Assembly: GCA_002269645.1 (NCBI GenBank)
Contig: NIVC01004992.1
Coordinates: 1-29,173 of the forward strand
Reading direction: 5' to 3'
Source: Macrostomum lignano
Taxonomy: Eukaryota
DNA: 29,173 nucleotides
Shown here: positions 21,609 through 29,173 of the stretch, one piece after another
Position numbering within the stretch: the stretch's first letter is position 1
Layout of the letters: each line of letters starts with the position of its first letter
The notes under the pieces: generated by a model
What the model was told of the DNA's origin: nothing
Seen by the model: only the letters and a program-made list of their open reading frames with translations
Databases searched by the model: none
Program-made: the position numbers and the translations under genes

Positions 21609-21642
<34 letters not shown>

Positions 21643-21848
21643 CCTCTCCCCTCTCCGCTCTCCTCTCTCCGCTCTCCTCTCTCCGCTCTCCTCTCTCCGC
21701 TCTCCCCTCTCCCCTCTCCGCTCTCCCCTCTCTCCTCTTCACTCTCCGCTCTCCTCTCTCCCCTCTCCCTCTCCGCTCTCTCCGCTCTCTCTGCTCTCCC
21801 CTCTCCCCTCTCCCCTCTCCTCTCTCCGCTCTCCCTCTCCCCTCTCCC

Positions 21849-21945
<97 letters not shown>

Positions 21946-22065
21946 CCTCTCCCCTCTCCGCTCTCCCCTCTCTCCTCTTCACTCTCCGCTCTCCTCTCTC
22001 CCCTTTCCGCTCTCCGCTCTCCTCTCTCCCCTCTCCGCTCTCCCCTCTCCCCTCTCCGCTCTCCT

Positions 22066-22147
<82 letters not shown>

Positions 22148-22148
22148 T
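21323..22148. repeat. Heptamer polypyrimidine tract (CTCTCCG/CTCTCCC)n, about 825 bp
   Basis: Read directly; plus strand is almost all C/T with periodic G. Confidence 0.97.
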
Positions 22149-22919
22149 TCCCTAGCTGTTTAAGCGAGGAAGTCGAGAAGGAACTGCAACTAACAAGCAG
22201 AGCCACAGTGGAATTTTGAGAAGTGAAGTTAAGTTTTTCTTTTTAGTGATTGCTTAACCATTTTCAAAAGAACTCACTAATGAGCTGCCATGGCAAATGG
22301 ATCTTACAAAAAAGGCTGCTTTACCCAGTCAGACAAGTAAGCGAGCTTTTCAAACAATCAGCAAGGTAGTGAGCTAGTGGAGGAAAAATGAAAAGGCATT
22401 TCTTTTTCTATCCGGAAAATTTGTTCTCAGTTCTTTATTCCTGCCCGTCTGACTCTCCATTTTCCATAACTTTCTTCTTTCTTCCCATGTGATAGAAAGT
22501 GCAGGTCGCGGGAGGCTGTGGGCCGCACTCAAAAACAACAATGAGTCCTCACAGCGCTGCCCCCCCCCTCAAGAGCCAGACAGGCTTGCATGGGCCCGCC
22601 CAAGCCACACCCACTGAGCCACTTGCAGCTCATTCAGTTTAGTTTTAGCTAATCCGCTGGAATTTGAAAGCAGATGGCGGTTCCCACTGGCCCATCGTAC
22701 TTGTACTGAGTATGCTTGAGCAATGTCGCTCATTTGGGGATCTGCACTGACTATACGAGTAGTGCATTGAGCCAACTAGGCGGTGCGCAGACAGTGATAT
22801 TACCATTATTCACATACAGCTTGCGAGTTCTGATGTTCAAATAGTCCAGTTTGAGTTAGATATTACGGTATGGTTAGAAAAGTGCATAAGGCTATAAAGC
22901 CGCCAGCCGCATAGGGTAA

Positions 22920-25243
22920 TTAGTCCAGCTCCATCACTTGCAGCTGTTGCTTTGCTTGACTCTCAGGGTTCGACACGGCCTGAGCAGTTGGACCGCCGTC
23001 ACTGGCATCGTCTCTGGAAGTTTTCGGCGGACGGCACAGCTGGAGGCTAACGAGGACGCCATGGATGAGCTCGAGGAGTTCAAACAGCGTCAGGAGCGAG
23101 CAGCCCAGGTAGAGGCCAATGATACCGCCGACGTCTGACACGAAGTCCAGAAAGGTGTAAGACCGGCTGATGACAACGGTCGGGCCCACGATCTTAGACG
23201 TCTTGATGGTCACCTTGGCCATCATCTGCGAGGCGAATGCCGCCATCCGAGCGCCAGCATTTGGCGTGTTGTTCGTCATCAGGCCGGCGAACATCTTCAC
23301 GAAAGCTGCATAAGCTGGAAACGAATAATTCCTCATTGATAGCATCTTCTGCTGCGCAATGCCCATAAACATCCTGTTCAAAATGGCATCCTGGTAGCCG
23401 TTGAAATTCGGCCAGTTGCTTGAAAATGTTTTCGTGCTGTAAGCATACTGATCACAGGGCCGTCTGCGGTTGCAAGCAGTCTGCACCGCGCTCAGATCGT
23501 ACGGGAAATGGTTGCTTTTCATGTCCAGGCTCGCCTGCAGAAAGCGCCGTCTCTCCTGCGCCGAGGCGTTCAGGTAGAGGCTGGAGTTCCAGCACTTGGT
23601 CCGGTTGCTGAAGCTGACCAGGTGCGGAGCGCTCGGGTCAACGCAGGACACGTTTTGAAAACTGTTTAATCAGAAGTGGGAATGATAAATGTGAAGAGAG
23701 CATTTCCCGTCTTGCAACTTGGCACGAAGACTTCCGCAAATGAGTTCCTGAATTCTTATCCCTTCAAACATCAGGCATCATCCAAATTCATTTTGTTTTC
23801 AGGGGATTGTAACGTAGAGGTTAGAGCGTCGGACTCACGACTTAAAGGTCGGGGGTTCGATTCTCGACTCACTCGGAACAATTTGTGTCCTTGAGCAAGA
23901 CACTTAACTCTGCATTGCTTCAGTTCACCCAGCTGTAAAATAGGTGCCAGCATTAGCTGGGGTAATTTTGGGTGTGGTGACCCCCCAGTCCTTGGGCTGA
24001 ACAGCCGTACGCAGCCTTCAGATGCTCCGCGCAATAGCTGCAGCTGAGCTGTCGGTTGCACAGCTCCCCATTAGGGCGGGTGCAATCAATTATAATTATT
24101 ACTTATTTCAGGATTGAAAACTTCCATTGTGAACTCCATCACAAGTTTTTAAATTAGTACATGTAAATCGATTAATTACCGCAGGTTTTCCTTAGACTCA
24201 ATCCAGCAGAGGTCGCTGCTGTACTCGTACTCCTCGGTGGCCTGGGTGTACGGGTTTACAATTCTGGCCTTGGGAGGTGATTTATCGCACTGTATGCCAT
24301 CGTCCATCTGCAGTTTGGACATCTCCACGCCGATGTAGTACTCGTTGCCGGGCTCCAAGAAGATGCTGGTGGCGCTGTCCGTGGGGTATTCCCCAGGTGG
24401 CACCAGCATAAGCCGCATTGCGATGCCGCTCTTGTAGGACATGCCATTCTCGATATCCCACAGCGGGTAGCCGATGCCCTCCTTGATCAGAGCGTACGGC
24501 ACCGTCTTCAGCAGCGGATTGTCTGGAAACAGGCCGGCAATTGGCGTATCGTAGAACAGATAGAGCGTCAGATGGTTCCACGGGTCCTTCATGAAGGCCC
24601 TCCGTGCGTCCGTCAGCCGGAACAGGAAGCAGTTGAGACTTCGAGGACTGTAAAATTTCAACAACGAGCCTGTCTTGTTGGCCGCGAGCTCTAGCGGCTT
24701 GTCGTCCGAGAACAAGTCGTAGAAGATGGTCTGCTGGAACTGGTGGCCGAAACTGTCGCTAATAGTTTTATACGGCAAAGTGGCCAGCAACATACGGATG
24801 AAAGTCTCCGACTCCTTGTCCGTCTGCGGCGTGAAGTTGAATTGCTTGGTGATGGCGTCGATGTGCCAGTTGAGTTGCGCGATGGTTTCGTTGGTGATCA
24901 GGTGGCCGTAGCTGCCCGACATGATGGGCTGAGGGCAGATGTACAAGTCCGGGAAGATCATCGCCACCGAGTCCTGCTGGATTGTGGTGGTCTCTGGCAT
25001 GTCGTACAGCTTCTGCACGAATCTGTAGGCTTGGGAGGTGAACAGGCCGAGAAAGAGAAGGAACAGTAGAAGCCAGGTTACTTTGACGTAGGCACGCCGA
25101 TTGCCCACCATTCTGGGAATGGCGTGGGCCGTTGTCTCGGCGGCCGACGCGGCCAGACAGGCAATCAAAACGCCGCGATAAGTCAACTTGTCAACTTTTT
25201 TCAACCCAGCGTCGCCCGAGTCAGAGTCAAGGCGAGATTTCAT
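22920..25243 (-). CDS. Divergent DEG/ENaC (ASIC/FaNaC/pickpocket superfamily) channel subunit, 601 aa; exons 25243-24180 and 23661-22920
   Basis: Pre-TM1 ETTAHAIP, TM1 WLLLFLLFLGLFT, post-TM1 FPDLYICP, GHQ motif, ACNRRRPC, TM2 FVSDVGGIIGLYLGCSLLTLFELLEL with the GxS filter. Intron CG/GTAATT (24179) to AAACAG (23662) is phase 2 and joins ENLR-FQNVSC. Confidence 0.9.
23802..24105 (+). mobile_element. tRNA-derived SINE with a CORE/Meta-like central domain, antisense in the channel intron
   Basis: A-box-like TAGAGGTTAGAG, B box GGTTCGATTC (23854). Central GTGTCCTTGAGCAAGACACTTAACTC...CAGCTGTAAAATAGG resembles the MIR core GTGACCTTGGGCAAGTCACTTAACC...CATCTGTAAAATGGG. AT-rich tail; possible short TSD (TTTCA). 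The 3' boundary is approximate. Confidence 0.8.
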
Positions 25244-26507
25244 TGTGCAGCTTGTTGATTATTTAAACTGTGTTGCTGAATTGTCCTGCTTTCAGCAGGT
25301 GCAGTATAAAATATTGCTTCCTTCCAATACTCAGCTGGGGCGTCTGTGCTTGAGAAGGGATAGCTTGCATACCTTTACGCTGCATATTTGTCTCCAAGCC
25401 TTGTTACCATGGTGACGAGAAAACAGGAGACTGTGGCTCTCCCCCAGATGCTGAGCTATTCAGACGTTCAGTAATTGGATCGACAGCTTTGAGGCAACTG
25501 TTACCTGCACCAACCAGCTGCACAATAAAGTTAACATAAGTGGTACTCAAGTAAAGTCAATTAGTTTTCCTTTTTAAGCAGCGCAGTAATCCAAACTTAT
25601 TCGGAACGTATCACGAGCATAATTATCATGTACATGTATCACCGCATTTCTCCTTAATTTTCATTCTCCATATATGCATGTACGACCAACTGATTTCACA
25701 TGAGATTCTGATGGCTGCAAAGCATATTATTTTCCAACCAAATTTATAAAATTTTTTACCTTTAACAATAGATCATGGCGCTGTCGTAATTTGTCTCCGA
25801 ATCTCCTTGTGCCAATCATTAATTGCTGAGAAGACCTTTAGATTTTTCAGGTATTTGTTTTAGAAGTAAACTTTCATTAAACACGTGGTCAAGATTGGTT
25901 AAATTTCACACCAATTGTGGTGTTAAAGAGCATTGTGGTTATCTTTGTTGCGCGTGTCATCATTTTCATGTGCCATACATGTAGATGTACATGTATGCTT
26001 TGTACTGAATCATGGTAAAGGAGAAGGTGGACTGAAAAAAATTATGTATAAATATACTAGGTACAATGTATATAACGCCTGTGTAGCGGGAAAAGTGTAT
26101 ATATAGCATAAAGGTATTCACAGTCACCAAAATATACGAGTAGATAGGGAACTGCATGCCTGCTAGCTAGGGGCTGAGTCACTACATGTACATGTGGGTA
26201 GATGCGCGGACCCATGCAATTAAGATCCCCAGAAAGAAATGGCTATAGCTTGAAGCAATGCGATTGCCTTTTCACAGTTCGCAAGGACTTTGGTCTGGCA
26301 CTGTCGCAAATCTAATATCGATCCGACCGACAGCCGTCCCGTCGCCAGCGAGGAGGCAAGTTCCGCAAAGAGCACGCACAGGCATGCGGATACGCAAAAC
26401 ACCCGTGTGATGATTGATCACGCAACAAACAAACGTCAATTTTTGTGTCAGAGTCCTAAATTAGTACAGCCACTAACGATACCAATTCTAATTACTTGGG
26501 CGCAAGA

Positions 26508-26561
26508 CAAGGACCACTAGAAGTTACCTCTAATAACCAACGGTACTTCTAGTGGTCCTTG
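26508..26561. other. Hairpin / inverted repeat with 17-bp perfect arms
   Basis: CAAGGACCACTAGAAGT (26508-26524) is the exact reverse complement of 26545-26561. Confidence 0.85.
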
Positions 26562-28056
26562 GCGGTTGGCGCTAGATTCATCCAGACCAGAAGTGATACC
26601 GCGAGCAGAGCTAAAACCATGCCATGCATTTCGATCGGAAGTATTTAAATTCCAATTAAATTTCAATACTTTTAATTGATTTATATGTCTGAAACTAGTT
26701 TAATGAAGAATGCCATTCAGAAAATTGTCTAGAATTCAATAATTTAATTGTCAAACAAATATATGGAAGTTGGGACTCTTCTGATCATTATCTAAATAAC
26801 AGACCGGCTTTGTACGGCTCGGAATTTATTTTAAAATTGAAAATTTCCGCGAAATGGCTTGTCCACGACCACGAGAGCACGAGCACGCATTGTGCACACA
26901 CCTGTTTTTCTGTGTTACTTATTACTCACAAGTGCTGGTGATGGGAAGGTTCTTTGGTTCATTTTCTGAATGGTTTTTACTAATGTATAAGATGCTTTGT
27001 CGATGCGATATGTTGCGTAGGAGCGTAGAGGAGAAGTCTAATAAAAATAAAATGCATAAAAAGCATTTACCTAAAATTAAAATACCTAATAAAGCTTTTT
27101 TAGAATGTAATGTTTTAGCATGACTAAAACCCCTGAATTAACCAAAACTACATACCAGAGTATAGGCCCATATAACTGAGCCTAACAAAATTGCTTTATC
27201 AATCATTTTTTGCATTAACTAAGCTTACTTGCATATTGAATAGACCTATTTTATGTTATTTTTTGCTGTGACTAGGCTATTTATTGAAAAGATAGTATCG
27301 AGAAAAGAAAATGTTGCATGTTTATATTAACCAGTTAAAATTTTGATATTTATTAAATGCAATGATTTTTTTAACTTTTGTTTGGTAATATACAAGTTAA
27401 ATGCAATTGTTTAATATAAATCTAATCTAGGAATACTGTAAAGTTTTTCATATAATAGCAACTATTTTACTATTTTTTATTATGAAGTTTAAAAATAAAG
27501 TTTTAAGAAAGAATATTTTGTTAATTGAATTTGCTATTTATAAATATCATATTTTATTAGTTTGATTAATGGGAATTTTATCAAGGTTATAATAATCAAT
27601 ATTCAATTACCAATTTTATTATTAATTTCAAATTAAATTTTATTTATAAACAAATTTCCCTTTTTAGAATTCTATAGATATGGAAGTTAATTTTTTTAGA
27701 CCTTTATATTTTTATAGGTTTGCTAATTTCCCCTTATACTCGTAATACTCCTAAACCCTAAATAGCAAAAATATTTTTTCTATATTCAATTTTTTCTCTA
27801 TGCAATTCATTAAGAAATTTGACATGATCTTATAACTTCAAATCTCAAACTAATACCTTTAAAAATTCTTTATCCAGTTTTCTCTATTCTAATGTTATTA
27901 GTAATATGTAGAGTAGTTATATAGTGATTACTATAATCACAATTACTAAAGTCTAAATTTTTAAGAGAAAAAATATATTTAATAAAAACTTTTCACAGTT
28001 TGCAAACATTATCATAGGCCTAGCTAATTGCCATACATTACATAATCTGCTTTCAG

Positions 28057-28986
28057 GATGCACAACAGCAGCAGCAGCAGCAGCCACTGGCACATGCAAA
28101 GCCATCTGGTCAGAGCCAGCCAGTTGGCACCTTCCTGCCATTGCCCACCAGTGACAGTCCAGCTCGACCTCGCCACCTCGCTGTCGCCACTGGCCGCCTG
28201 ATCTGCGAAGGCGAGGACACCGGCGTCCTGGTTGACCTGCCAGGCGACACCGCAGTTCTGCGCGCTGGCGGCGCATTTGGCATCCTGTTGGATGCCGACT
28301 GCGGCAGCGATGAAGTGCAGCAGCAGCAGCAGCTGGCCAGGCGAAAGAGACAGGCAGTGCGAACTGACGGCGATGGCAGGTGTGGCCTCAGCACTGGTTG
28401 TGGATGATGTCGCTGTAGACATTGCACCAGGGTGACCACAAACCCATAATAGTAGTCATTATTATAATGGGTAGACTTGAAATGAAATGTCCAGTCCCCC
28501 TCTCTCCTCACCCCCCCCCCTCCAGCTTCGCCGGCCTGCAGCTCCTGCTGTCTCCAGCCGAGGCATTCTTCCTCATGTTCGCCTGCGGCGTCCTGCGCAT
28601 TGCCGGGCTGACCTGCGCCCAGCTGTGGCTCCGCCTTCGTTCCGAGTTGCCCAGATTCGCCCAGCTGTACGCGGCCTACCAGCACTACCGATCGCGCGGC
28701 TGGGTGCAAAGGATGGCGCCAGCGTTGGCGCCGATTTTCTACTGTACGCACAGGGCCCGGCGTTTTATCACGCCAGCTACGCTGTGCTGCTGCTGCCGAG
28801 GAGCCCGACGGTCCAGCTAGCTCGTGGCGCGGCCGCCTCGCCGTTGCTCGCGTCGCCGAACGCTGCGGCCGTCGGCTGCTGCTCTGCCGCATCAGCTTGC
28901 AGGCCGCCGACCTTGACGATCCGGCCGCCTGCGTGGCCTCAGCTCGGCTCCTGGAGACTTCGGTGACCAGGCTGTCTGGAGTGTGA
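28057..28986 (+). CDS. TSEN2: tRNA-splicing endonuclease subunit Sen2-like; exons 28057-28431 and 28526-28986, at least 3 frameshifts, start unresolved
   Basis: N-domain PLP...VLVDLPGDTAVLRAGGAFG. Catalytic domain LSPAEAFFL, LYAAYQHYRSRGWV[P]K, GADFLLYAQGPAFYHASYAV, SSWRGRLAVARV, as in TSEN2 ([48 protein letters not shown]). Frameshifts at about 28330-28370, 28707 and 28795. Confidence 0.85.
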
Positions 28987-29173
28987 CTGGCTGCCTGCAG
29001 TGTGACTGGCTGCCTGCAGTGTGACTGGCTGCCTGCAGTGTGACTGGCTGCCTGCAGTGTGACTGGCTGCTGCAGTGTGACTGGCTGCCTGCAGTGTGAC
29101 TGGCTGCCTGCAGTGTGACTGGCTGCCTGCAGTGTGACTGGCTGCCTGCAGTGTGACTGGCTGCCTGCAGTGT
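28981..29173. repeat. 19-bp minisatellite (GTGTGACTGGCTGCCTGCA), about 10 copies, runs off the window
   Basis: Read directly. Confidence 0.95.

Noticed and set aside
21287-22219. SPLSAL / ERRAESG ORFs of 231-300 aa
   Set aside because: The heptamer tract cannot produce stops in most frames; no start context or domain.
23802-23876. Functional tRNA gene
   Set aside because: A and B boxes are present but there is no paired acceptor stem, and it continues into a SINE core and tail.

Overview
Eukaryotic (metazoan) genomic DNA with spliceosomal introns, GC-rich exons and many minisatellites. The style suggests a free-living flatworm such as Macrostomum; this is inference only. Five host genes are supported: (1) a 5'-partial stonin/Stoned-B gene (+, 3-3655, about ten frameshifts); (2) a Fer3/Nato3 (FERD3L)-type bHLH gene (-), which the ORF track splits in two but which is one gene joined by a GC-AG intron inside the basic region; (3) a PAR/NFIL3-like bZIP gene (+), head-to-head with the bHLH gene; (4) a two-exon divergent DEG/ENaC channel (-); (5) a frameshifted tRNA-splicing endonuclease TSEN2-like gene (+). 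Mobile DNA: an intact DD34D mariner with 32-bp TIRs and a TA duplication, a tRNA-derived SINE with a CORE/Meta-like domain, and a possible MITE. About ten tandem arrays are present; four have a 16-bp unit and one a 32-bp unit. No CRISPR array, rRNA or true tRNA gene is supported. Most long repetitive ORFs in the track are repeat artefacts. The best leads are the GC-AG intron, a TSEN2 exon with no in-frame ATG that a flatworm spliced-leader AUG could start, active-site substitutions in TSEN2, the HG-less and Cys-poor DEG/ENaC, and a duplicated bZIP peptide whose copies differ only at synonymous sites.
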